A stretch of DNA of 64,000 bases from Octopus vulgaris (taxonomy: Eukaryota). The notes below the pieces were generated by a model, which was not told the origin of the DNA, searched no databases, and saw nothing but the letters and a program-made list of their open reading frames with translations. Positions 42,355-55,246 of the stretch are shown in pieces (the stretch's first letter is position 1; each line of letters opens with the position of its first letter). The translations under genes and the position numbers were made by a program. The DNA lies in NCBI GenBank assembly GCA_951406725.2, contig OX597842.1, positions 32,302,001-32,366,000 on the forward strand, given 5' to 3'.

Positions 42355-42582
42355 TTTCTTTACTACACACAAGAGGCTAAACACAGAGGGGACAAACAAG
42401 GACAGACAAAGGGATTAAGTCGATTACATCAACCACAGTGCGTAACTGGTACTTATTGAATCGACCCCGAAAGGATGAAAGGCAAAGTCGACCTCGGCGT
42501 AATTTGAACTCAGAATGTAACGGCAGACGAAATATGGCTACGCATTTCGCCCGGCGTGCTAACGTCTCTGCCAGCTTGCCGC
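42355..42582 (-). mobile_element. SINE family B copy, inverted relative to 41372-41597
   Basis: Reverse-complement match. Confidence 0.85.
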
Positions 42583-42583
42583 C

Positions 42584-42630
<47 letters not shown>

Positions 42631-42872
42631 TTTATTTGCTTCAGTGATTTGACTGTGGCCATGCTGGGGCACCGTCCAGAAGAATTTTTAGTCGAATGAG
42701 TTGACCCCAGGACTTATTGGTTCCAGGTGTGGTAGTAGCAGGAGTGGTGGTCGTTTAGTAGGAATAACTTTGGTCTTAGTAATACTGGTTGTGGTAGTAG
42801 TGATTGTGGTGGTGGTAGTAATGGTAGTAGTAGTAGTAGTAGTAGTAGTGGTTGTGGCGGTTGTAGTAGTAG

Positions 42873-42903
<31 letters not shown>

Positions 42904-43239
42904 AGTAATGGTGTCTAAATCCAATCACCAATTTGTTGTTTCCATATAGCAAAAAAAAAAAAAAAAGAAAAACTGCCCCAGGAGGATAATTTCGACTGTT
43001 TCTATAGCAACTGATTAAATTGATCTTTGCTTGGTATTTTATGGTTTTGTTGTTGTCGTTAATGTTGTTGTTCTTAACGATGTCTGGTCTGTAACCAGAG
43101 GCTGTAATTAGAATACTGCGTGACGCAGTGTTGTGTAGTACTCAATCAGGGCTCATTCAAAGCTAAATAACATTAAGAAAGGATGGTCACGGCTGGCATG
43201 TCTATGATCAATGAATACAGACTAAACAGCCATTAACCA

Positions 43240-43655
43240 CTAAGACCCCCTCTCTCCTTCGGTCAAGAATGACCATGGGATTCAACCCAGAAAGTTCCCC
43301 TCCAGGGCCCACGTCTGGGTAAGGTTGTTTATGGAAGACCAGCCACCCATCTCCACACCATTATATGTATACAGAGCAAAGGATAAAGGCCCCCTTTGGT
43401 CATGAATGACCATGGGATTGCACCTAGAAAGTTCCCCTCCTGGGCCTAAGTCTGGGTAAGGTTGTTTATGGAAGACCAGTGGTCACCCATGCATACCAGC
43501 CTCCCCTCTTTACGCCATTATATGTACATAGGGTAAAGGATAAAGGCTCCCTTTGGTCATGAATGACAATGGGGTTGCCCTTAGAAAGTTCCCCTTTGAG
43601 GCACAATTTGGGGCAGTGTCGTGTATGGATGACCAGCAGTCACCCATGAATACCA
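43240..43655. repeat. Tandem repeat, about 3 diverged units of 140-160 bp
   Basis: ggtcatgaatgaccatgggattgcacctagaaagttcccctcc...gggtaaggttgtttatggaagaccag recurs three times. Confidence 0.85.
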
Positions 43656-43719
43656 AAAATATAGAAAAACACCATTTGAAGTCTTGAAGCTACAAGACTG
43701 GAAACAACGTGAATAGATA

Positions 43720-44948
43720 AGCAGGCTTGCTTCCCAACCACATGGTTCCAGGTTCAGTCCCACTGCGTGGCACCTTGGGCAAGTGTTTTCTATTATAGCC
43801 TCAGGCTGACCAAAGCCTTGTGAGTAGATTTGGTAGATAGAAACTGAAATAAGCCTTTGTGTGTGTGTGTGTATACATATGAGCATGGCTGTGTGTTATG
43901 AATCTTGCTTACGAACCACATGGTTCCAGGTTCAGTCCCACTGCATGGCATCTTGGGCAAGTGTCTTCTACTATAGCCTCGGGCCGACCGAAGCCTTATG
44001 AGTGGATTTGGTAGAAGGAAACTGAAAGAAACCTATTGTGTGTGAATATATATATATGTGTGTGTTTCCCCCCCCCCCCCCTCAACATCGCTTGACAACC
44101 GATGCTGGTGTGTTTATGACCACGTAACTTTGCGGTTCGGCAAAAGAGACCACTGATAGAATAAGTACTAGGCTTCCAAAGAATAGGTCCTGCGGGGTCG
44201 ATTTGCTCGACTCAAAGGCGGTGCCCCAGCATGGCCGCAGTCAAATGACAGAAACAAGTAAAAGAATAATAAAAGAAAAATAAAGAATTACATTTGACAG
44301 AGAAATCTGAATGCCAAAGGGACCCTAGTACCCAGGTTCAATCCCATGCTCAGTCTTTCCCCTTTACCCTATACTCTTTTACTTGTTTCAGTCATTTGAC
44401 TGAGGCCATGCTGGAGCACCGCCTTTAGTCGAGCAACTCGACCCCGGGACTTATTCTTTTGTAAGCCCAGTACTTATTCTATCGGTCTCTTTTGCCGAAC
44501 CGCTAAGTGACGGGGACGTAAACACACCAGCATCGGTTGTCAAGCAATGCTAGGGGGACAAACACAGACACACAAACACACATATATATATATATACATA
44601 TATACAACAGGCTTCTTTCAGTTTCCGTCTACCAAATCCACTCACAAGACATTGGTCGGCCTGGGGCTATAGCAGAAGACACTTGTCCAAGATGCCACGC
44701 AGTGGGACTGAACCCGGAACCATGTGGTTGGTTAGCAAGCTACTTACCACACAGCCACTCCTGCGCCTATATATATACATATATACGACAGGCTTCTTTC
44801 AGTTTCCGTCTACCAAATCCACTCACAAGGCATTGGTCGGCCCAGGGCTATAGCAGAAGACACTTGCCCAAGATGCCACGCAGTGGGACTGAACCGGGAA
44901 CCATGTGGTTGGTTAGCAAGCTACTTACCACACAGCCACTCCTGCGCC
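43720..44948. mobile_element. Tail-to-tail inverted pair of double-headed SINE A elements
   Basis: Head, head, body on + (43720-44265), then body, head, head on - (44373-44948). Confidence 0.88.
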
Positions 44949-45085
44949 TATGTACATATAAATGTCATACTTTCATGTACCTCATGTAATTTCCCTTCAA
45001 CTGACCTTTCTGGGTTTTTTTTTTCTCCCCCCCCCCTTAATTGTCTTTTTTTTAATGTTTTTTTTTTCTCTTCTCCGTCTTGCAG

Positions 45086-45265
45086 GACTTGGCACGTAAC
45101 ATAATACTCACTCTGGGGCAGGCTTTCGAAATAGCCTACCAGATGGCTTTGAAGGAGAAGGCGGAAGAGGAGGCTTTGGAGTTTGAACGGAAACTGAGCC
45201 TTGGTAAGTCCGACTACGCAGCCCACAGTTCGAGTACTTCTCACACATCTCAAGGATTTGCATAG
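45086..45265 (+). CDS. ANKS1: Exon ending the PTB domain (DLARNIILTLGQAFEIAYQMALKEKAEEEALEFERKLSLG...SQGFA*)
   Basis: Long pyrimidine tract plus ttgcAG acceptor. IILTLGQAFEIAYQ is the C-terminal PTB helix. TAG at 45263-45265. The 3' boundary is ambiguous because there are donors after 45203 (GTAAGT) and after 45308 (GTAACG). Confidence 0.9.
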   Translation, partial: DLARNIILTLGQAFEIAYQMALKEKAEEEALEFERKLSLGKSDYAAHSSSTSHTSQGFA

Positions 45266-45637
45266 CTGGCACTCACACAGAAATACAAGGGATACGAAAA
45301 CTACCAAGGTAACGAATCAGCCCCCGTTTCTACCTTTTTGTGTGTTAGGGTTTGTGTGCGTTTGGGACCTGTGTGTAACCTTTCCTGTTGTCTGGCTCCT
45401 GTGCAGGTGGCACGTAAAAAGCACCATTTGGGCATGGCCGTTGCCAGTACCACAAAGCTGGCCCTCGTGCCGGTGGCACGTAAAAGCACCCACTACACTC
45501 TCGGAGTGGTTGGCATTAGGAAGGGCATCAAGCTGTAGAAACTTTGCAAGATCAGACTGGAGTTTGGTTTGCCAGACCTCTGTCAAATCGTCCAACCCAT
45601 GCTAGCATGGAAAGCGGATGTTAAACGATGATGATGA

Positions 45638-45691
<54 letters not shown>

Positions 45692-45767
45692 GTAGAAATT
45701 GATATTTATCAATTAAAACCAGTGGTCTAGCATATTAAAAAGAATCCGAAGATTAAAATATTTTTAC

Positions 45768-45986
45768 ATACAAATTAAGGACTGAACACGAAAAGTGGAC
45801 AGTCAACATGCTAGATATAGATGTCAAATCGCCATTCTCCACAAAGAGTATGTTCTCAAATAAAACTCACCAATGCTTTGGTTTTGTGCTGAGTTTTATT
45901 TGAGAACATACTCTCTGTGGAGAATGGCGATTTGACGTCTATATCTAGCATGTTGACTGTCCACTTTTCGTGTTCAGTCCTTAATT

Positions 45987-45991
<5 letters not shown>
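45768..45991. repeat. Near-perfect inverted repeat: 102 bp arms, 20 nt loop
   Basis: 45768-45869 is the reverse complement of 45890-45991 with two differences. Confidence 0.95.
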
Positions 45992-46047
<56 letters not shown>

Positions 46048-46186
46048 CCAAACAGCCGAAATTGCGAAGATAGTCTGGTACTTGACTGAGGAAAGGAAAC
46101 TCCGAATGACCCATCCTTGTTTTGTTGTCCCATTTTTGTGTCACCTCGCTCTCTGGATGTTTTGCGTTCTTGTCCCATTTTGTATC

Positions 46187-46222
<36 letters not shown>

Positions 46223-46419
46223 GTACGTATATATAAAGACTATAGGGTGTGATTATAGATTTGGTTGCTATTTCCAGCAGGTCCGTCTACTATGTAGAGG
46301 TCCCCCTCTTTGGCTGGCTTATACTTACATGCATCTCTGTCCATCCATTCATAAACCCAAAGGCCTATCTGTCTGTCTGTCTGTCACCTATCTATTTATC
46401 AATCAATCTGTCTACCTAT

Positions 46420-46563
46420 ACACTTTTACTTTTTTTTTTACGACCCCTTTTGATCGAAAACCTACCCCAATTCTTTTTTATTTTTGCTTCCCCCAAAAAG
46501 AAAAGCTCTACCTTGTAATCTGTCCCGTCTGTGTGCAACCCTGTGTGGCCAATAAAGAAACAT
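46420..46563 (+). mobile_element. 3' UTR fragment of the same Tx1-like LINE
   Basis: Matches 17575-17705 (aaacctacccca...ccccaaaaagaaa...tgtcccgtctgtgt...ccctgtgtgg..aataaagaaaca). Confidence 0.6.
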
Positions 46564-46742
46564 ATCTATCTATCTATCAATCTATCCATATATGTCTGTC
46601 TGTCTGTCCATCTATCTATCTATCAATCTACTTGTCTGTCTGTCTGTCTGTGTGTCCATCTGCCCATCTCTGTTTGCCTCTCCATCCATGCCTCCCTCCA
46701 TCTATGTATATCTCTCCCTCTCTCTTTCTGTCTTTGTGTATA

Positions 46743-46775
<33 letters not shown>

Positions 46776-48754
46776 TTACACACAAGTGCGCACACACATA
46801 TATATACACATATACACACACACACACATACACACACTCGCTTGTGTGTATATATTTCTGTTGTTTAATTAAATATCAATTTAACTCTTACCCCTCAACC
46901 TGATCCCTAATCTTTCTCAAGGTCAACTACTAGTGACCCCTAATTTAAAATAGGGATCAACTTGCATCTACACCCCCACACACTGAGCCCTAAATAATAT
47001 TGAAACATCATCCCAGCTTAGGGGTGTGGAGCTGTGCGTAGATATGTATGTGTGTGTGTATATGTATGTGTGTGTGTATGTGTGTGTGTATATGTGTGTG
47101 TGTTTATATGTACACAAATGTGAGGTCTTGGTGTGTTTATGTGGGTACGTGTGCATAGAAATATGTGTATGTAGATATAATGTGTGTGTGTATATGTTCT
47201 GTGTGTGTGTGTAGATACATGAGTGTATAGTTGTGTATGTGTGTGTGTGTTTATGTGTGTATAAATATATGTGTGTATGGTTAAGTGTGTGTGTTTATAT
47301 GTACACATAAATGTGAGCTTTTGATGTGTGTGTTTATGTGTGGGTACGTGTGCATAGAAATATGTGTGTGTATGTGTGTGTAGACATCATTGTGTGTGTA
47401 TACATATGCATGTGTGTGTAGATACATGAGTGTATGGTTGTGTATGTATGCAGGTGTGTATGTGTGTGTTTATGAGTGTGAATATATGCGTGAATGGTTG
47501 TGTGCATGTGTGTACGTATGTGTGTTTGTGGTGTATGGTTGTGTATGTGTAGACAATTGTGTGTGTATCTGTTCTGTGTGTGTGTGTGTGTGTGTTTGTT
47601 TATGGTGTATGTGTGTATGCATGTGTGTGTAGATACATTGGTTGTGTGTGTGTGTGTTTATGTGCATGTAAATGTGTGTGTATATGTTGTGTGTAATTGT
47701 GTTTATGGTGTTTGTGTGTATACATATGCATGTGTGTGTCGATACATGTGCGTATGTTTGTGTGTGTGTGTTCGTGTGTAGTTATATATGTCTGTATGGC
47801 ATATGGGCATGTATGCATGTATGATTGTGTGTGTGTGTGTGTGTTTATATATAAGTATGTGTGTGTAGATGTAAATATATGTCGTATTATATGCATGTAA
47901 ATGTATTGTATGATGTGTGCATGTGTGTGTGGCACTGTGTGTACATACATGTGTGTATGGTTGTTTGTGTGTGTGTGTTTATGTGCATGTAAGTATAGTC
48001 ACTTAGCGGTTCGGCAAAAGAGACCGATAGAATAAGTACTGGGCTTACAAAGAATAAGTCCCGGGGTCGATTTGCTCGACTAAAGGCGGTGCTCCAGCAT
48101 GGCCGCAGTCAAATGACTGAAACAAGTAAAAGAGTAAAAGAGTAAAGAGTGTATGTAAAGAGTAAATGTGTATGGTTAAGAGTATGTGTGTGTGTGTGTG
48201 TAGTATGTCTGTATGGCATATGTGCATGTATATATGTATGTGTATAGATATATGTGTGTGTGTGTGTATATGTAGAGTGTGTGGTTGTGTGCATGTGGTG
48301 TGTTTATATATAAATATAGGTGTGTGTGTGTGTGTGTGCGCATAACTTTTACTGTCTATTTTGTTATGGCCTGTGGTCATGCTGGGGCAATGTCTTGGAG
48401 AATTTTCAATCAACTGTATGGACCCCCCAGGACTTTTTTGTTGAACCGCTAAGTTACAGGAATGTAAACACACCATCAGCAGTCACCAAGTGTTGGTGGT
48501 GGTTTTGGACACACACACACACATCGCAGGGTTCTTTCAGTTTCAATCTTCGAGATCCACTCATAAAGCCTTGGTTGGCCTGAGGCCATAGTAGAGTATT
48601 AGGAGACACTTACTCAAAGTGCTGTGCAGTGGGACTGAACCCAGAACCATGTGGTTGGAAAGCAAACATCTTAACACACAGCCACTCCATATGTATATAT
48701 GTTGTGTGTGTCTATGTGTGTAGATGTTTCTGTGTTTCTGTGTGACTTTAGATG

Positions 48755-49706
48755 TAGGGCGTGATATGAAGGAGATTTGGCTGCTGTTTCTAGCAGGTCT
48801 AGTTACCATGCAGAGGCCTCCGTCATTCGCTCATACATACATATATACATAAATAAGAGAGTAGGGTGTGATATGAAGGAGATTTGGCTGCTATTTCTAC
48901 CAGGTCTAGCTACCATGTAGAGGTCTCCCTCATTGTCTCATACATACATATATACATAAATAATAGAGTAGGGTGTGATATGAGGGAGATTTGGCTGCTA
49001 TTTCTACCAGGTCTAGCTACCATGTAGAGGTCTCCCTCATTGGCTCATACATACATATATACATAGATAAGAGAGTAGGGTGTGATTTGAGGGAGATTTG
49101 GCTGCTATTTCTACCATCTCTAGCTACCATGTAGAGGTCTCCCTCATTGGCTCATACATACATATATACATAGATAAGAGAGTAGGGTGTGATTTGAGGG
49201 AGATTTGGCTGCTATTTCTACCATCTCTAGCTACCATGTAAAGGTCTCCCTCATTGGCTCATACATACATATATACATAGATAAGAGAGTAGGGTGTGAT
49301 TTGAGGGAGATTTGGCTGCTATTTCTACCAGGTCTAGCTACCATGTAAAGGTCTCCCTCATTGGCTCATACATACATATATACATAGATAAGAGAGTAGG
49401 TGTGATTTGAGGGAGATTTGGCTGCTATTTCTACCAGGTCTAGCTACCATGTAGAGGTCTCCCTCATTGGCTCATACATACATATATACATAGATAAGAG
49501 AGTAGGGTGTGATTTGAGGGAGATTTGGCTGCTATTTCTAGCAGGTCTAGCTACCATGTAGAGGTCTCCCTCATTGGCTCATACATACATATATACATAG
49601 ATAAGAGAGTAGGGTGTGATTTGAGGGAGATTTGGCTGCTATTTCTACCATCTCTAGCTACCATGTAGAGGTCTCCCTCATTGGCTCATACATACATATA
49701 TACATA
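48755..49706. repeat. Tandem array, about 9 x 107 bp
   Basis: Unit gtagggtgtgatttgagggagatttggctgctatttctaccaggtctagctaccatgtagaggtctccctcattggctcatacatacatatatacatagataagaga. Units start at 48861, 48968, 49075 and onward. Confidence 0.95.
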
Positions 49707-50035
49707 AGTCAATGCTACGTCCTGCACAGCACCCCACATCACCACTTCACCTACTTCAGCCTATACACTGTATATAGGGGTCCATTGAGAGCCACAATAC
49801 ACTAAATTACAAAGGGACTGTGAGTTTGTGGTCCCGTTTGTTCCCTTTGGGGGTTTTACACTTAAGGAGAACCTTTTAAACTTTATAAATAGGGAGATAT
49901 AGGCCTCTTTCACCATGCACACATATATTTTATATGCATATCTGTGTATATATATGTGGGTGTATATGTTTGAATGTAAAAAAAAATACATCAATAACAT
50001 TATTTATTGTTTATACACATGCACAATTACATATG

Positions 50036-50078
<43 letters not shown>

Positions 50079-50161
50079 ACATATTTGTCCAAATCTCTAT
50101 CAGTCTATCAATCTAGCTCTCTGTGTGTATACGTATATACATATGTGTGAATATATATATG

Positions 50162-50192
<31 letters not shown>

Positions 50193-50437
50193 TATATATA
50201 TATGAATATATAATATGCATATATATATATGTGTGTATATGTATATATATGTGTATATATGTGTATATGTATATATATATATATATGTGTATATGTATAT
50301 ATATATATATGTGTATATGTATATATGTGTGTATATGTATATATATGTGTATATGTATATATATATATATGTGTATATGTATATATATATATATGTGTAT
50401 ATGTATATATATATATGTGTATATGTATATATATGTG

Positions 50438-50468
<31 letters not shown>

Positions 50469-50492
50469 GTATATGTGTATATGTATATATAT

Positions 50493-50524
<32 letters not shown>

Positions 50525-51502
50525 GTATATGTATATATATATATATGTGTATATGTATATATATGTGTATATATATATATATGTGTATATATATGTATAT
50601 ATGTATGTGTGTATATGTATGTATATATACATATATATGTATGTATATATACATATATATGTATGTATATATACATATATATGTATGTATATATACATAT
50701 ATATGTATGTATATATACATATATATGTATGTATATATACATATATATGTATGTATATATACATATATAATGTATGTATATATGTGTATATATGTATGTA
50801 TATATGTGTATATATGTGTATGTATATGTGTATATATGTATATGTGTATATATATGTATGTATATGTGTCTATATATGTATGTATATCTATGCATATATA
50901 ATGTATATATATGTATGTGTATATATATATGTCTATATATATATGTATAAGTGCGGAAAACGGACGTTAAACGATGATGATGATATATGTATGCATATAC
51001 ATATATAATGTATATATATATGTATGTATATAAAGATATAGAGTTCACACCGACATATATATATATGCACTCACACACACACACACACGTTTAGGGGCTA
51101 CAAGAGAGAGCGAGACGGGGTGGGAGGACTGACTGACAAACAGTCAGACAGACAACCCCCCCCCCCCGGTATATTTACCCAACAGTTTTAAGACTTGCTA
51201 AACACACCCTAGGGTCCTCTCTCACTCCTTTACATCCCCATTCTGACTGCCCCCTTCACCACCACCACCACCACCACCACCACTTATCCCCTTATTAGTT
51301 GTAGTTAACAGCAATACTGGACAGGTGCTGGTTGATGGTTAATGACAATGGTTGTGGTGGTGGTTGTGGTGGTGGTGGTGGCTGCCGTATTTGTGTTGTA
51401 GCTACTGTGGTTGTAAAACTGTGTTGCGGTATAAGTGTTTGTTGTCAAGGCTGTAGTGTATATATAGGATTTGGCTCACACACGTGTGTGTGTATATATA
51501 TA

Positions 51503-51903
51503 TTTACTCTTTTACTATTTTACTTGTTTCAGTCATTTGACTGCAGCCATGCTGGAGCACCGCCTTTAATCGAGCAACTCGACCCCGTGACTTATTCGTT
51601 TGTAAGCCCAGTACTTATTCTATCGGTCTCTTTTTGCCGAACCGCTAAGTAACGGGGACGTAAACACACTAGCATCGGTTGTCAAGCAATGCTAGGGGGA
51701 CAAACACAGACACACACGCATATATATGTATACATATATACAACGGGCTTCTCTCAGTTTCCGTCTACCAAATCCACTCACAAGGCATTGGTCGGCCCGG
51801 GGCTATAGCAGAAGACACTTGCACAAGGTGCCACGCAGTGGGACTGAACCCGGAATCACGTGGTTGGTAAGCAAGCTACTTACCACACAGCCACTCCTGC
51901 GCC
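51503..51903 (-). mobile_element. SINE family A copy
   Basis: Full reverse-complement match. Confidence 0.9.
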
Positions 51904-52059
51904 TATACAATTATGATCCAACTACCCTAAAGTGCATGCTTGAGCACCTCTACCCACCCCTATATGAAACACACACATAACACAACAAGGATGACACCTT
52001 CCTTTCCACCCCATGCCCACCCCCTCTCAGGACATAAACAAAACAAAAGGCGTTGCTAC

Positions 52060-52094
<35 letters not shown>

Positions 52095-53112
52095 CTTCAG
52101 GGATGTTACCACCAGCATGACAGGAAGTAAACTTTCTCGGAGGCACCCCTATAACACCACTACTACTACTACCAACAGCAACAAGAGTACCACCATGTCA
52201 TCAACACAACCACCACAAATACTACCACCACCACCGCCACAACCACCACAAATACTATCACCGTCACCACCACTGCGACCACAACCATCATCATCAAAAC
52301 ACCACCGCCACAACCACCACAAATACTACCACCATCACCACCACTACGACCACCACCACAAATACTACCACCACTACGACCACCATCATCAAAACACCAA
52401 CACTACCACCGCCACAACCACCACAAATACTACCACCATCACCACCACTACGACCACCACCACAAATACTACCACCACTACGACCACCATCATCAAAACA
52501 CCAACACTACCACCGCCACAACCACCACAAATACTACCACCGTCACCACCACTACAACCACAACCATCATCATCAAAACACCAACACCACCACCGCCACA
52601 AATACTACCACCACCACAAATACTACCACCACTACAACCACAACCATCATCATCAAAACACCAACACCCACCGCCACAACCACCACAAATACTACCACCA
52701 CTACAACCACAACCATCATCATCAAAACACCAACCACCACCACCTTAACCACTGCCATAAACACCACCAACCACTGCTACCACAACCACCACCGCCAGCA
52801 CCAGCATCACCCCCCTCCACTACCACCACCCTTATCCCAAACCACCACTCCCCATCGTTAGATAGTCAAGGGGGCCACACACACACACACACACACACGG
52901 ATGCAGTTGTCACTGCACACCTTTTCCCAATGTCAACAACAGACATCCTTCTGATTGTTAATTAAAAAACAAGATTTGGATGAGAAAAAGTGAAAGGAAA
53001 TTAGCTAATTAACAGAAGTGTGTTGGCGATGGCAGTGGTGGTGGTCGTGGAGGAGAGGCGGTGGTGGTGGTTTGAAGAGTTGGAATCGGGGAGCGGGGAC
53101 TGGTGTGTCTCT

Positions 53113-53145
<33 letters not shown>

Positions 53146-53304
53146 TTACATATAGACATAAACACACATGGGCTATAAAAACAAAGAAAATATACAACTA
53201 TATACACACACAAATATATGCGTGCACACACGCACACACATATATATATATATGATTGATTGATTGATTCCAGTTCCAGCCTATGAGCTGTGGCCATGCT
53301 GGAT

Positions 53305-53502
53305 ACTCTTTTACTCTTTTACTTGTTTCAGTCATTTGACTGCGGCCATGCTGGAGCACCGCCTTTAGTCGAGCAACTCGACCCCCGGGACTTATTCTTT
53401 GTAAGCCTAGTACTTATTCTATCGGTCTCTTTTTACTGAACCACTAAGTGACGGGGACATAAACACACCAGCATCGGTTGTCAAGCAATGCTAGGGGGAC
53501 AA

Positions 53503-53553
<51 letters not shown>

Positions 53554-53705
53554 TACTATGGGCTTCTTTCAGTTTCCGTCTACCAAATCCACTCACAAGG
53601 CATTGGTCGGCCCAGGGCTATAGCAGAAGACACTTGCCCAAGATGCCATGCAGTGGAACTGAACCCGGAACCATGTTGTTGGTAAACAAGCTACTTACCA
53701 CACAG
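53305..53705 (-). mobile_element. SINE family A copy
   Basis: Reverse-complement match. Confidence 0.9.
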
Positions 53706-54484
53706 ATATATATATATATATCATCATCGTTTAACGTCCGCTTTCCATGCTAGCATGGGTTGGACGATTTTGACTAAGGGCTGGCAAACCAGAAGGCTGC
53801 ACCAAGCTCCAATCTTGATCTGGCAGAGTTTCTACAGCTGGATGCCCTTCCTAATGCCAATCACTCCGAGAGTGTAGTGGGTGCTTTTATATATATGTAT
53901 ATATATATATATATATATAAATATATATATATGTCATTATCATCATCGTTTAACGTCCGCTTTCCATGCTAGCATGCGTTGGACGATTTTGACTGAGGGC
54001 TGGCGAGCCTGATTGCTGCACCAGGCCCCAGTCTTGATCTGGCAGAGTTTCTACAGCTGGATGCCCTTCCTAATGCCAACCATTCCGAGAGTGTAGTGGG
54101 TGCTTTTTATGGGCCACTGGCACAGGGGTCAGTCAGGCGGTACTGGCAATGACCTCGCTCAAATCTTTTTACACTTGTCACTGGCACAGGTGCCAGTAAG
54201 GCGACATTGGTAACGATCACGTTCGAATGGTGCCCTTTTACGTGCCACCGGCACAGGGGCCAGTTGGCTGCTCTGGCAACGATAATGCTCAGATGGTGCT
54301 CTTGGCACCCTTCTAGCACGGACACAGGCATATATATATATATACACACACATACATGGGTGTGTATGATTGTGTATAGAGGAATATATTACTCAAAGAG
54401 ATTCCAGTTTTGTCTGATTTTCACGTTTTCTTCACAATCTCATAATAATTTAAGATAATGAAATAATTGTCCAATCAGAATGGA

Positions 54485-54905
54485 TACTCTTTTACTCTCT
54501 TTTACATGTTTCAGTCATTTGACTGCGGCCATGCTGGAGCACCACCTTTTTAGTCGAGCAAATCGACCCCAGGACTTATTCTTTTGTAAGCCCAGTACTT
54601 ATTCTATCAGTCTCTTTTGCCGAACCGTTAGGTTACGGGGACGTAAACACACCAGCATCGGTTGTCAAGCAATGTTGGGGGGACAAACACACACACACAA
54701 ACATATACACATACACGCACATACATATATATATATATATGTACATATATACGACGGGCTTCTTTCAGTTTCCGTCTACCAAATCCACTCACAAGGCTTT
54801 GGTCGGCCCGGGGCTGTAGTAGAGGACACTTGCCCAAGGTGCCACGCAGAAGGACTGAACCCAGAACCATGTGGTTGGTAAGCAAGCTACTTACCACACA
54901 GCCAG
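54485..54905 (-). mobile_element. SINE family A copy
   Basis: Reverse-complement match. Confidence 0.9.
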
Positions 54906-55246
54906 TCCCATTTAATATTCTATCATTTCATTAGGAGATTGTGAAGAAAATGTGAAAATAAGACAATGTCGGAATCTCTTTTGTATACTTTTTTCTTTTA
55001 TTTGTGTCAGTCATTTGACTGTGGCCATGCTGGAGCAGTGCCTTCAGTCAAAGAAATCAACCCCAGGACTTTGGTCTTTGTAAGCCTGTTACTTATCCTA
55101 TCGGTCTCTTTTGCTGAACTACTAAGTGCCGGGGACACAAACACACCAACATCGTTTGTCAAGTGATGGTGGGGGAGGAGGAAAAACACACCTGCACACA
55201 CACACATACACACACACATATCTATATATATATTATATATATATAT

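Noticed and set aside
43240-43655. Possible HDV-like ribozyme in the ~150 bp tandem unit
   Set aside because: I could not assign P1, P2 and P3 pairings on either strand.
45768-45991. Hairpin as a canonical pre-miRNA
   Set aside because: The stem is too long and too perfect, and I recognise no miRNA. It is kept as a fold-back element.
48755-49706. CRISPR-like appearance of the regular array
   Set aside because: The units are contiguous near-identical repeats without unique spacers, the context is eukaryotic, and there are no cas genes.
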